A DNA stretch of 32,000 nt from Halomicronema hongdechloris C2206 (GTDB lineage: Bacteria; Cyanobacteriota; Cyanobacteriia; Phormidesmidales; Phormidesmidaceae). Below the pieces are notes generated by a model. That model did no database searches and was not told the DNA's origin. It saw nothing but the letters and a program-made list of their open reading frames with translations. The stretch is taken from assembly GCF_002075285.3 (NCBI RefSeq), contig NZ_CP021983.2, forward strand, positions 420,001 through 452,000, written 5' to 3'. Positions 1-8,913 of this stretch are shown here, one piece after another (the first letter of the stretch is position 1; each line of letters starts with the position of its first letter). Position numbers and translations under genes: made by a program.

Positions 1-83
1 TATCTTGTCATATTTGCGGCCATTTCTTGGCAGATGCTGATAGCGTCTTGATATCTCCCAAGCACTGAGAAGGTGAGTAAATC

Positions 84-2063
84 ATGCCTCCCTTTCCCCT
101 TAAAATTCGACTTACTTGGAAGGATAGCGTTACCCAAGATACTCGAAATCCGCTTCTCAGCTTACCCATTGCACTGGGAAGCGAATTCTCAGCCATGCCA
201 GCAAATTTAGGGCAGTTGGCAGTTTCACGCATGACATTTCGAGATCCGATCGCCTCCAAATTTCATGCCTTTATTTATTTAGAGAACAATCAACCTGTCA
301 TCATTGATCAAAATACGCCTGCTGGAACCTGGATCAACAACGTTAGAGTTCAAAAACATATTCTCCGAGATCACGACGTTATTTGCCTGGGGAATCAAGA
401 GATTCGCGTCCGCTTGGTTTCTCAGGCTTCCTCGCCAACATCTGCCAGTTATCAATGCGCAAACGTTCCTCTCAATCCGCCAACGTCTCAACCTCAGACC
501 AAACCTAAATTTCCACCTGCGGCCTTCAAACAAGCTGAGTATGTTTCGCTTGACTACCTGGAGGAGACGGGGCGATTCAACCCCAGAAAAGATCAGTTCG
601 ACTACGCTGCCATTGGCGCAGGGCTGGGCAGTTACATTTGGGTAGACTTTCTTCGTATCTTTGGGGTGAAAGCAGAACGCATTGTGGCGTTGGGTACTCA
701 GGATAAGCCCTATGCCCGATATCAACAGTTGTGCCTGAATTCTCAAATTCCCCCTCACGAAAGACTACGCTCTAACTCTGACTCTTGCCCAGACAACATT
801 TGGGGGTGGCCCAGCTATGCCCTGAGAGAGTCCTGGCAGGATTTCTGGAAAGGACGTGTAAACCATACTCTCGAATCTCTCTGGCAAGTTTTTTCTGAAC
901 CCGTTCTTGCCGAAACTTATACGCCAAAATCCGGGAATGTTTTCAAGTCCATTGACCGAGAAGCGAACCGGATTGGATGGTCAGACATTTTTCGGCATGG
1001 CAGTGTCCGCGCCATTCGCAAAATGAGTGATGGCAGATATGCCATTGCCTATTCCCAAGGAAAAGGCCGATATGGTTTTGTAGTGGCGAAACACATTCAT
1101 CTATCAACAGGGTATCCCGGCATCCGACTGTTGAAACACTTGAAAGAATATCGAGATAAAACAAAGGATCTCAAATCTGTGGTTAATGCTTACGAGTCTC
1201 ACGAACATATCTATGACTCTCTAGTTGAGCAAGGCGGTACTGTGCTGATTCAGGGCCGAGGCATTGTTGCCTCCAGAATTCTTCAACGGATTTATGAGAC
1301 TTGCCAGAAAAGTTCTCACCGTATAGAAGTGATCCACATGATGCGGCGACCTATTGGCAGGAATGAGGGAAATAAATTTGGTCTAGCGCAGCGCTCAGTC
1401 AGCAATCACTTTGAATTACAACCATTCAACTGGCCGAAAGCTTGTTGGGGAGGAGACCTCCGGGACGTGTTGGAGAAGGCTAGTGACTCGGAAAGAACTC
1501 AACTCCTCAAAGCTTGGGGTGGCACAACTACTGCTGATCGCCGTGATTGGCAAAGGATCATTGCTTCTGGACTCCGAGATCAATGGTATCGGCCTAAATT
1601 TGGTTCCGTGAAAGAAGTTGAGCCTGCTGGTAGGCAGCTTAAAGTTACATATTCCGAAGTTGAAGGTGGCAAAGTTCAGGGAGTTGCCACTCGGGAAGTA
1701 GACTTCATCATTGACGCTACTGGTTTAGAAGCTGATTTGGAAGTGAGTCCTCTCTTAAAGGATTTAATTGATTGCTACAGCTTGCAACTCCTTGATAACG
1801 GACGATTCAAAATCTCGAACGAATTTGAAATTGCTGAGATGTGTTCCAAGCAGACGGGCCAGCAACCAGGGCATATGTATGCCTCTGGTGTAATCACACT
1901 AGGAGGACCGTACGCGGCTGTAGACAGTTTCTTAGGGTTGCAATATGGAGCTCTTCGCTCTATAGATAGCCTGGTAAAAAAACGGGCACCTGGTCTGCGT
2001 CGTCTCAATGGACTGGCTTCACTTTGGCAATGGTACAAGTGGGCTACTTATCAAAAACCATGA
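84..2063 (+). CDS. FHA domain protein fused to a two-dinucleotide-binding (FAD/NAD(P)) oxidoreductase-like domain
   Basis: ATG at 84 with GAAGGTGAG upstream. The N-terminal ~115 aa fit the FHA pattern (IALGSE..VSRMTFRDP..HAFIYLENN..GTWINNVRV..DVICLGNQEIRV). A Pro-rich linker is followed by the Rossmann motifs AIGAGLGSY and IQGRGIVASR. Confidence 0.8.
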   Translation: MPPFPLKIRLTWKDSVTQDTRNPLLSLPIALGSEFSAMPANLGQLAVSRMTFRDPIASKFHAFIYLENNQPVIIDQNTPAGTWINNVRVQKHILRDHDVICLGNQEIRVRLVSQASSPTSASYQCANVPLNPPTSQPQTKPKFPPAAFKQAEYVSLDYLEETGRFNPRKDQFDYAAIGAGLGSYIWVDFLRIFGVKAERIVALGTQDKPYARYQQLCLNSQIPPHERLRSNSDSCPDNIWGWPSYALRESWQDFWKGRVNHTLESLWQVFSEPVLAETYTPKSGNVFKSIDREANRIGWSDIFRHGSVRAIRKMSDGRYAIAYSQGKGRYGFVVAKHIHLSTGYPGIRLLKHLKEYRDKTKDLKSVVNAYESHEHIYDSLVEQGGTVLIQGRGIVASRILQRIYETCQKSSHRIEVIHMMRRPIGRNEGNKFGLAQRSVSNHFELQPFNWPKACWGGDLRDVLEKASDSERTQLLKAWGGTTTADRRDWQRIIASGLRDQWYRPKFGSVKEVEPAGRQLKVTYSEVEGGKVQGVATREVDFIIDATGLEADLEVSPLLKDLIDCYSLQLLDNGRFKISNEFEIAEMCSKQTGQQPGHMYASGVITLGGPYAAVDSFLGLQYGALRSIDSLVKKRAPGLRRLNGLASLWQWYKWATYQKP

Positions 2064-2479
2064 CACCAACATTACTCGGTCGCTGGCAGACTCGAATTCT
2101 CTTATTTGGCACTATTGGCCTATTAATCACAGCAATCTTTGCATTCTGCATTGTCAGTCCTGGAGGTACAGTCTTTTGGCAGGTGCTAGGTTATGTACTG
2201 CTGTTTGGCCTTCTCTGGGACATTCTTTACACGCTGCTGCAAAAGCTCCGCTGGGATCATGATTGGCCTGCTATTTTCCAACTGCTTGCCGGTATCTGGG
2301 AGGCTGTTTTTGTAGTGATGCTAGTTTCAGCAGGTATTTTGCCTGGAATTGAGTCGATTAATTTCGGCTGGTTTTTGGTTCATTACACTGCTGTTTGGTT
2401 AGGCATCTTTATTACTTCCCAATCATTAATGCGCATCTGGTTTCCTCGGTGGCGTTTCTATGGTGGCAGATGGTTGTAG
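2060..2479 (+). CDS. integral membrane protein (about 4 TM helices), translationally coupled to the FHA gene
   Basis: The ATG at 2060 forms an ATGA overlap with the TGA stop of the upstream gene (2061-2063). The track ORF starts at 2024. There are four long hydrophobic segments. Confidence 0.7.
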   Translation: MTPTLLGRWQTRILLFGTIGLLITAIFAFCIVSPGGTVFWQVLGYVLLFGLLWDILYTLLQKLRWDHDWPAIFQLLAGIWEAVFVVMLVSAGILPGIESINFGWFLVHYTAVWLGIFITSQSLMRIWFPRWRFYGGRWL

Positions 2480-2818
2480 AGGTTGAAAGATTTTGTCGTG
2501 CTATCCATCTGCGGCTTTGCTCTGGATTGGAAAGACTAGCTTTGCTAAGCAAGCATGTTCTAGTTTTCCCAGCAGTCCTTTAAGTAATTTACTTACTCCG
2601 AACTAATCTGTGGCCCCGCAACTCTGCACCCCGCTCAGCTAAACACTGCTCCCAACCGCGACGGTCAAAGATAGCTTTCGGATCATTGAGCAAGCCCCAT
2701 TTGCGCTCTTGTTGGCTGAGTTTGGCGAACTTGGCGTAGCCCGAATAGTCCTTTGTGATGAGCTGATCCTTTTGGGGCAGTAGAGGCGGGGTGTCCTAGT
2801 CGTAATCGCGGTAGCGTT

Positions 2819-3157
2819 CTATATGCGTCCCGTGGCCAAGAGTCGGTAGCCGACAGTCATCGATATCATCGACAAGAATAACTGCCAGAGGCTGGTGGGG
2901 TTGAGGATAGCCCGACTGCTCACAAATATGCAGAGAATGCCTGCGGCCACCAAGACCCAACCCAGATTTTTCAGGAAGCCCAGGGGCATCAAGATCAGCA
3001 GAAAGATGCCACCCACCAGCAAAAAAATGGAAGCATCGGCAGCAATGCCCCGCCACCAGTAGGGGCTGACGTTGGTGGTGAAGAAGATATTCTTGCCCAG
3101 AAAATAGATGCCCAACAGCATCAGGGCGAGACCAATAAGTTGCATCAGAAAGCGCAT
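2819..3157 (-). CDS. small integral membrane protein (about 4 TM)
   Basis: First ATG at 3157 (MRFLMQLIGL...). The track start at 3169 is TTG. The sequence is hydrophobic throughout. Confidence 0.6.
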   Translation of the reverse strand: MRFLMQLIGLALMLLGIYFLGKNIFFTTNVSPYWWRGIAADASIFLLVGGIFLLILMPLGFLKNLGWVLVAAGILCIFVSSRAILNPTSLWQLFLSMISMTVGYRLLATGRI

Positions 3158-3184
3158 GGGTATATCCAATAGATATGCAAAGAG

Positions 3185-3502
3185 TTAAGCCGAGGTATGG
3201 TTAGACCGATGTATCTGTGTCGCCAGCAGCAGCGGTACCGCCAGGCCCCCTATCAGGTTACCGAGCAACCACAGCCAGGAGAGGGAACCGCCAAATCCAT
3301 GGATATAGAATCCACGGCGGGTGGAGGACAGCAACGCATCCCAGATCAGATGGGCGCTGATGCCGACGGATAAACCAATGGCCCCGTCGCGCAGCAGGTT
3401 CACTAGGGTCCGCTGCCATGAGCTGTACCAGAGACGGCGGCGAGTGCGGCCAGGGCTGGTTCCAGCAGACCACATCGAGTGCAGTGGCCGATACCCTGGC
3501 AC
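3185..3502 (-). CDS. hypothetical membrane protein
   Basis: Open frame with a GTG at 3502 and an ATG at 3475. The C-terminal two thirds are hydrophobic (GAIGLSVGISAHLIWDALL, LSWLWLLGNLIGGLAVPLLL). It is co-directional with 2819..3157. No family recognised. Confidence 0.4.
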   Translation of the reverse strand: MPGYRPLHSMWSAGTSPGRTRRRLWYSSWQRTLVNLLRDGAIGLSVGISAHLIWDALLSSTRRGFYIHGFGGSLSWLWLLGNLIGGLAVPLLLATQIHRSNHTSA

Positions 3503-3771
3503 CGTTGCTTCACTGGCGGGTGTGCCATGTGTGGGACTGGGAGGAAGTGAATGCAGCCGCCGTCAACTGCGCCCAGCCGACGGTGAGTTTAATTAATGAC
3601 GAAGAGCTAGCGTGAATTCGGGAGCTGATCGCGGCGAAGACCTGGCCGGAGAAATGGGACGGGACAGAACATCGCGGCGACGAATGGCTGCCAGAGATTT
3701 TGTCGGATGGCAGCATACAACCGCTCTTATTCCCCAACCGCTAGGATAGGGACAACGATGGGGTTGGCAGC

Positions 3772-4422
3772 ATGGTTGATACGGCATCACGTCCACAGGG
3801 CATTGAAACCGATACCTGGGTACCTGCGACCTGGGAAACATTTGTGGCGCTGTGCAACCGACCCGATTTTGACAAAGCTTGGTGCTACTACGATAAGGGT
3901 TGGATGCGGATTGAGATGGCACCACTAGGGAGCCTACATGGGCGCGAAAATTCCGTGGTTTCAAAGGTCGTTTCGCTGTTTGCTGCCCTCAAGATGATTA
4001 GAGTTGTCGAGTTTCTGAGTACCTCTTTACGCAAACCGGGTGAACGTGAGGCACAGCCAGACATTGCCTTTTATCTAGGGCAGAAGTTTCAATTGCCTAG
4101 CCTAAACAATCAACCTATCGATATTGGAGTATATGGCCCTCCTCAACTGGCGGTAGAAATTGCTTCGACGACCTTGAGCGATGATCTAGGGCGGAAGCGA
4201 CTCCTGTATGAGCGGTTGGGTGTACAGGAATATTGGGTCGTGAATGTGGCTACGTCAGAGGTTACGGCGTTTGCTGTCGAAAATGGGGGAAGTTGGGAGA
4301 TTCGCGATTCCCGAGTTTTGTCAGGACTGGCGCTGTCGGTCGTGGAAGAGGCGATGCAGCGTAGTCAGACTGAGGATGATGGGGCACTGACGCGGTGGTT
4401 GATCCAAACGTTTCAAAAGTAG
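3772..4422 (+). CDS. Uma2 (DUF820) family endonuclease
   Basis: Typical Uma2 landmarks: WETFVAL, QPDIAFY, PPQLAVEIASTT..D, GVQEYWVVN. Confidence 0.85.
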   Translation: MVDTASRPQGIETDTWVPATWETFVALCNRPDFDKAWCYYDKGWMRIEMAPLGSLHGRENSVVSKVVSLFAALKMIRVVEFLSTSLRKPGEREAQPDIAFYLGQKFQLPSLNNQPIDIGVYGPPQLAVEIASTTLSDDLGRKRLLYERLGVQEYWVVNVATSEVTAFAVENGGSWEIRDSRVLSGLALSVVEEAMQRSQTEDDGALTRWLIQTFQK

Positions 4423-4442
4423 CGATCGCTCAAAATTGCATC

Positions 4443-4748
4443 TTAGTCATATTGCACGATCGCGGTCTGTAGAACGTCGTTTCTGAAATATCGACTCAAA
4501 TCGTTGGATGTTCGTAAGTCGACCTTGCGTTGAATTAGGTCAGAGAGTTCGAGTTCCATGCCAGCCAAGCGAATCAGTCCTGGGGTATGCTCCGGTTCGA
4601 ATTCAACCAGGAAATCGACATCGCTGTCCGGGCAAAAGTCTTCTCGCAGTACTGAACCAAAAAGGGATAGTTTGCGAATGTGGTGGCGCTGGCAAAAGTC
4701 AGCTAGAGCGGGTTTAGGAAGATTGATGGGAAGGGAATGATTCACCAA
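4443..4748 (-). CDS. MNT-type nucleotidyltransferase (antitoxin-like), no adjacent HEPN partner
   Basis: Motif LSLFGSVLREDFCPDSDVDFLVEF (GS...D.D). The start is TTG at 4748 or GTG at 4745, and the GTG forms a GTGA overlap with the dndD-like stop. Confidence 0.85.
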   Translation of the reverse strand: MVNHSLPINLPKPALADFCQRHHIRKLSLFGSVLREDFCPDSDVDFLVEFEPEHTPGLIRLAGMELELSDLIQRKVDLRTSNDLSRYFRNDVLQTAIVQYD

Positions 4749-6711
4749 AAGTAGCCCTCCTTGATTGCGGTCTGCCTCTGACTCGGATCATACTCCAGCA
4801 GATATTCACGTGCGATCGCACCCTGTGCTCTCAATTGCCCGACCTCTTCGGTGCGAATCTCGGTATCGGTAGAGAGGAGGATAACTTGGTGGCTGGCTTG
4901 GGGGAAGTAGCGCTCGACGAGGTGGCGGCGATGTTCGGAGTCGAGGCGACCCAGAGGGGTATCTATTGCCACGGGCAGCTGCCGACCTGAAACACTGGCG
5001 AGGCCCCGCAGGAAGGCGATCGCCAGGAGCTGCTTTTCCCCCGCAGAGAGGCATTGGATGGGGAGGAGGTCACCTTCGGTATCGTAAAGGTCGAGGCGGA
5101 AGGTGTCAGCATCAACCATGACCCGGTGAACCAGGCTGGATTTGTGGAGCAGCAGCAAAAAGTACTGAGTGATGGATTGCTCTAATTCGCCCAACTTCTG
5201 CTTGGTCAGGCGTTTACGAAATTCCACAAGGGTTTTTTGGACACGAGGCGCTGTTGCCAGCAGCGTATTATCTTTACTGGCGTCAATCGCTCGGAACCAT
5301 ATTCAGCCAGCTGTTTTCTCGAGGTTTCCTGCTGGCGTTCTAGCTCGGAGTAGCGGCGGCGATGGAGTTCGAGATTGAATTGACACTCGTTGAGCTGAAG
5401 ACGGGTCTGATCACGTTCTGACCTAAGGCGTTCGTAGTCTTCCGGAGAGGCAGCCTTGGCGAGTTTGGTCTCAATGGCGTCAATGTCATCGGTGAGAGTT
5501 TGAATTTCAATGAGATGGGAGTGGGCCAGCCGCTGTTCGGCGGCGAGTTGGTGCTGCAGGATGTGATTAAGCCGATTAAGCGCATCGTCGGAGGCTTGTA
5601 GCCAGGCATCGCCGTTGGCATTGGCGCTGAGGGTTTCGGCTTCCTGTTCGAGAAAGGTTTGAATGGTCTTTTTCTGGGTGGGTTTGAGCTTGAGCTGGTT
5701 AAGAACTTCGAGCAGGCGCTGATCGTGCTCGGTCAGGGCATCATGGGCAATGGCGGCTTTATGCTGGGCCTGTTCGTGCTGTCCTTGTTGAGCGGCCTCG
5801 GTCAGTAGGTCCTGGACGAGAGCCAGGGGTAGGGTCGAGGCAGCCAGGTCTTGGAGCACCTGGGTTTGGACTCTGATTTCAGTTTTATCGGCATCTAATT
5901 GGTCTTTGAGCGGGACGAGCTGTTCAGTGATGTGACCACCGCTGGCGAAGAAGCGATCCTCGGCAGTTTGTAGAGCGGTTGCGGCTTGGTCGAGGGCGTC
6001 TTGGTAATCTTCGAGGTCATCGGCTGCGGCTTGCAGGTCGGTTTCGACTTGCTCAATCTGGCGGCTGAGAGCTTGGAAGGCATGTTGAGTCGCTTCGTCA
6101 CCGAGTTCAGCCTTTTTGCGACTGACGAGAATAGTCAGGTCATTAGCCAGGCGATCCACGAGTTCTAGCCCCAACACAGAGCGAATAGCGCTGATGACGT
6201 TGGGAGGTGGAGTTTCTTGTTCGGTCAGTTCTTTGATTTGTTCACCATCAAAGAGGAACAGGTTGGAGAGGCCAACGGGGAGCCAGTCTTCGACCTGTTC
6301 ATCCCAGGTTTGGGTGAGAATTTCGTTGGGCCAGCCGTCGAGTTCGACGGTGAGGTCGTCTTTGGTGCCCCGTCGCCAGGTACGAATGACGCGGAGGGTG
6401 CCGAGTTTTTCGATGCCGCTGATGTGGAGCACGCGCTCGAATGCGAGTTCAATGGTGGCTTCGGCATCAGGTGGGGCTTGGGTGTTGACGCACTGAGCCA
6501 AGAAGTCGGCGTAGGGGAGGTTGCGGCGGCGATCAATGGGGGCACGCTGACCGTAAAGCACGAGACGGAGGGCATCCATGAGAGTAGTTTTGCCGCCACC
6601 GTTAAGCCCCCCGATGAGGATGATGGGTTGTTCAGGAGTCGGGCGCAGATCGAGACGATGGCGTCCGTGGTAAGGGCCGAAGTTTTGGAAAACGAGTTCA
6701 CGCAGAATCAT
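4742..6711 (-). pseudogene. dndD: DndD-like SMC/ABC-type ATPase, split by a frameshift into 501-aa and 161-aa ORFs
   Basis: The N-terminus MILRELVFQNFGPYHG...LIGGLNGGGKTTLMDALRLVLYG carries a Walker A, followed by a long coiled coil. The C-terminus LSAGEKQLLAIAFL...LPVAIDTPLGRLDSEHRRHLVERYFPQASHQVILLSTDTEI matches the DndD signature and D-loop region. The N-terminal frame stops at 5206-5208, and the C-terminal frame is open back to the stop at 5303-5305. Confidence 0.8.
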
Positions 6712-7162
6712 TAGCGATCAGCGGTATGAGGGTAATCCAGGGACGAAAGCGCTCAAAATCTGAAATGTTGTGAGTCAATAAGCTGGTGACATTGTTGGCG
6801 AGTAACGTCGCAACGATATTGGCGTCATGAATTTGTTTGCCGCCCACTTCAACTTGGTCGATCAGTTCAAGCAGCTTTGCAGTGACTTGGGCATTATCGT
6901 CAGCCACCAAAAAGGTGTTTTGCAGAAATTGGACTCTTTTCAAAACGTGAGACTGAGAAGGAGGGGTCGCAAAGGATTGCGGACGAGTAAGCGTCGCGAT
7001 GAACTCTCGCAAAACTTGACGGCTGATCCAAAGCGGAATGTCTTGTGTGGCTAAATCTTGAAGCTTGTCGATCGCGATCTGATGCCAAGGGGCGCTGCTC
7101 ACGTTGGCATAAATCAAAATATTGGTGTCGATAAAGACACCATTATCTTCCGAAGTCGCCAT
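6698..7162 (-). CDS. vapC: PIN-domain toxin (VapC-like)
   Basis: ATG at 7162 gives MATSEDNGVFIDTNILIYAN, and DANIVATLL occurs near the C-terminus. It overlaps the upstream antitoxin by 20 nt and the dndD-like start by 14 nt. Confidence 0.8.
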   Translation of the reverse strand: MATSEDNGVFIDTNILIYANVSSAPWHQIAIDKLQDLATQDIPLWISRQVLREFIATLTRPQSFATPPSQSHVLKRVQFLQNTFLVADDNAQVTAKLLELIDQVEVGGKQIHDANIVATLLANNVTSLLTHNISDFERFRPWITLIPLIANDSA

Positions 7163-7370
7163 ACATTTCCTCGCGGTGGAGTGAAAGGTCGGTCGGCCAG
7201 GGGCCATAGTCGTCTACAGGAAACTGGAGCGGTTGCTGGGTCTGCGGTTGACGAGGTTGAGCTTCTAGCACGATGACAACTTGGTATTCCCCGGCCTGAA
7301 TTTCAGGAGGTAAGGATAGGGTGAGTTGATGATCGGCGGTGACCGCAGCTTTTGTCTGGATAGTATGCAT
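7143..7370 (-). CDS. small antitoxin-like protein paired with the PIN toxin
   Basis: ATG at 7370 (MHTIQTKAAVTADHQLTLSLPPEIQAGEYQVVIV...). The track start at 7388 is TTG. Its position and its 20-nt overlap with vapC are typical of a type II TA pair. Confidence 0.55.
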   Translation of the reverse strand: MHTIQTKAAVTADHQLTLSLPPEIQAGEYQVVIVLEAQPRQPQTQQPLQFPVDDYGPWPTDLSLHREEMYGDFGR

Positions 7371-7402
7371 GGCGTAAACCGATGGCAAATGGATCTAACA
7401 GT

Positions 7403-7744
7403 CTATGCTTTGAGCGAATACAGCAGCGTGCGGCCCGGGGCGATCGCTTCTAAAAAGTAGGGATTTTTAATGGTTTGAATCTCAACCAGATCAATGGTGT
7501 ATCCCAGCAGGTCACTGAGTTCCTGCTTGAGGTCAAAAAAGCGATCGCTGGCCCCTTGAGGGGTATTGATGGCAAATTCGACGAGAAAGTCAATGTCGCT
7601 AGCGGTGTCGTTAAAGCGAGCGCTGGTGGCTGACCCAAAGATCTGTAGCTGAGCCACTTGATGGCGGCGGCACAGTTGCTCAATTTGCGATCGCTTGGCG
7701 GTAATTTCCTGAAGGATCGGAGAGGTTGTTGGGGGCTGGCTCAT
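7403..7744 (-). CDS. MNT-type nucleotidyltransferase, no adjacent HEPN partner
   Basis: ATG at 7744. Motif LQIFGSATSARFNDTASDIDFLVEF. Confidence 0.8.
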   Translation of the reverse strand: MSQPPTTSPILQEITAKRSQIEQLCRRHQVAQLQIFGSATSARFNDTASDIDFLVEFAINTPQGASDRFFDLKQELSDLLGYTIDLVEIQTIKNPYFLEAIAPGRTLLYSLKA

Positions 7745-7803
7745 GGGATCGCTTAATTCCACTCTCGATTGAGTCGGACTGGTTAGTCTAATCGTACTCA
7801 GTT

Positions 7804-8145
7804 TCAGCCGGGGGCTGACCAAATTTCAGGCGGCTCCAGGCGGCTTGGAAGGCGGGCGACATCGATGCTGTCGTCTGACTCCTCGGCGTCGCGATCCTTA
7901 TCGTTATGGGGGGTGCCGCCTTGGGCTTGTTTCATATCGCGGATGGCTTCGGCTTGCTGGATGGCGGCGGCTTTGGGCCGGGCACTGGTCTCGAAGCAGG
8001 CTTCCAGATCTTTGTAGACGCCAGTGCGGCGGCTCATGGTCTGGTATTTGCGTTCGGTGTCGAGGAGTTTGGCGAGGAGTTCGAGGTAGAGGGGGTCGTC
8101 GTCGCAGAGATCTTGGAGGATGGCCCAGGCGTCGGGGGTAATCAC
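7804..8145 (-). CDS. hypothetical protein with an acidic C-terminal tail
   Basis: A GTG start lies 2 nt after the stop of the upstream ORF. The frame is 113 codons long. No family assigned with confidence. Confidence 0.45.
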   Translation of the reverse strand: MITPDAWAILQDLCDDDPLYLELLAKLLDTERKYQTMSRRTGVYKDLEACFETSARPKAAAIQQAEAIRDMKQAQGGTPHNDKDRDAEESDDSIDVARLPSRLEPPEIWSAPG

Positions 8146-8147
8146 GC

Positions 8148-8456
8148 TTACTCCCTAGGCAAATACTTCACCAACGCTTTCATGACTTCTCCGGGTTGGA
8201 ACTGGAGCGGCCTGTCGGCGTTGGGGGCGCTGAGGAAGTCTGTCCACTCAAAGATTTCGGCAAAACCAAGCTGGTGCAGGGCCACGACGATCGCGCTGAT
8301 GGCAGGCTTGGAGCCGATGACGAGGATTTTGACGGGTTCGCGGTCTGGCTTGGGGTAGCTGTGAAGCTTGAGGGTGAGTTCGAGGTGGACTGGCCCTGAA
8401 CCTGTCGAAGGGTGGGCAGTGTGCTGAGGGGCAGTTTGGAAGGATTGAGTTTGCAT
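8148..8456 (-). CDS. hypothetical protein
   Basis: ATG at 8456 (the track TTG is at 8468). It is divergent from the XRE regulator and abuts 7804..8145. Confidence 0.5.
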   Translation of the reverse strand: MQTQSFQTAPQHTAHPSTGSGPVHLELTLKLHSYPKPDREPVKILVIGSKPAISAIVVALHQLGFAEIFEWTDFLSAPNADRPLQFQPGEVMKALVKYLPRE

Positions 8457-8462
8457 AAAAGA

Positions 8463-8534
8463 TGTCAACCACTAGGACGTTTTGAGGATGTTAATCGACC
8501 TCTAGGTTGACTGTCAACCACTGGGACGTTTGAG
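8463..8534. promoter_or_regulatory. candidate operator: two direct copies of TGTCAACCACTrGGACGTTT(T)GAG plus a perfect palindrome GGTTGAC-T-GTCAACC
   Basis: The direct repeats lie at 8463-8486 and 8512-8534, and the palindrome at 8505-8519. All sit in the divergent intergenic region between 8148..8456(-) and the XRE gene 8564(+). Confidence 0.45.
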
Positions 8535-8563
8535 ATAGGCTGATTCTCTGACAGGATGAGCGC

Positions 8564-8791
8564 ATGGGAAAGGCAGGACAAGCGCTCAAGCAAGTTTTGG
8601 AGGAATACGGCATCAGCCAGTACAGCCTCTCAGTTGCGATGGATGTAGAACGCAACAATGTTCATCGCTGGGTCAATGAGAAGCGTGACCCCACGGCTGA
8701 GACGGTAGTGGAGATCGTTCGAGCACTGAAAAAGCTCAACCCCGAAGCTTCAAAAGCCTTTGTTCAGATATATCTCGGCGACGAGCAGTAG
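8564..8791 (+). CDS. XRE-family helix-turn-helix transcriptional regulator
   Basis: 75 aa. ISQYSLSVAMDVERNNVHRWVNEKRDP fits an HTH_XRE motif. Confidence 0.8.
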   Translation: MGKAGQALKQVLEEYGISQYSLSVAMDVERNNVHRWVNEKRDPTAETVVEIVRALKKLNPEASKAFVQIYLGDEQ

Positions 8792-8797
8792 CAAGTA

Positions 8798-8897
8798 GGT
8801 TGGGTGGAGCGAACGCGCAACCCAACACCCCATGTAGCTTTGGCAACTTCAGTCTAATCCACCGTGGTTGGGTGGAACGTAGTGGAACCCAACACCC
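8798..8897. repeat. two REP hairpins (GGTTGGGTGGAnCG...AACCCAACACC) flanking the 3' side of the RAYT gene
   Basis: The copies lie at 8798-8828 and 8866-8897. A related hairpin GTTGGGTTTCGCTGCGCTGCACCCAA lies at 9517-9545 on the other side of the gene. Confidence 0.65.
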
Positions 8898-8913
8898 TCA
8901 ACCACAGCGTCTC

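Noticed and set aside
279-758. ORFs 279..758(-), 304..645(+), 8..259(-), 943..1164(-), 1411..1611(+) and 1775..2038(-) overlapping the FHA gene
   Set aside because: They lie entirely within or antisense to a 659-aa ORF that has recognisable domains, and I see no motifs in them.
2589-2780. 64-codon open frame on the minus strand (...KDYSGYAKFAKLSQQERKWGLLNDPKAIFDRRGWEQCLAERGAEL...*) without ATG, GTG or TTG
   Set aside because: No start codon and no family recognised. It is possibly the 3' relic of a lost gene, but that is not supportable as a feature.
3510-3964. ORFs 3510..3737(-), 3593..3964(-), 3707..3928(+), 3321..3615(+); also a start-less frame at ~3615-3740(+) reading RELIAAKTWPEKWDGTEHRGDEWLPEILSDGSIQPL
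   Set aside because: They overlap the well-supported Uma2 start or each other and have Arg/Pro/Ser-rich compositions. The start-less frame may be a gene relic but cannot be identified.
5340-6714. Antisense and alternate-frame ORFs inside the dndD-like gene (5340..5621-, 5895..6101-, 5986..6168+, 6116..6496+, 6217..6714+, 6225..6701-)
   Set aside because: These are shadow ORFs typical of high-G+C coding DNA. They are low-complexity Ser/Pro/Gly-rich translations and lie fully within a gene that has strong family motifs.
7804-8145. Idea that the 113-aa ORF upstream of the dndD chain is a C-terminal relic of dndC
   Set aside because: The position is suggestive, but I cannot recall sequence-level evidence. 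The ORF also has its own GTG right after the upstream stop. A TIGR03183 (DndC) HMM search would settle it.
7845-8399. Plus-strand Gly/Arg-rich ORFs (7845..8141, 7906..8358, 8196..8399) and the minus-strand ORF 8248..8472
   Set aside because: These are shadow frames of the two minus-strand genes with low-complexity translations.
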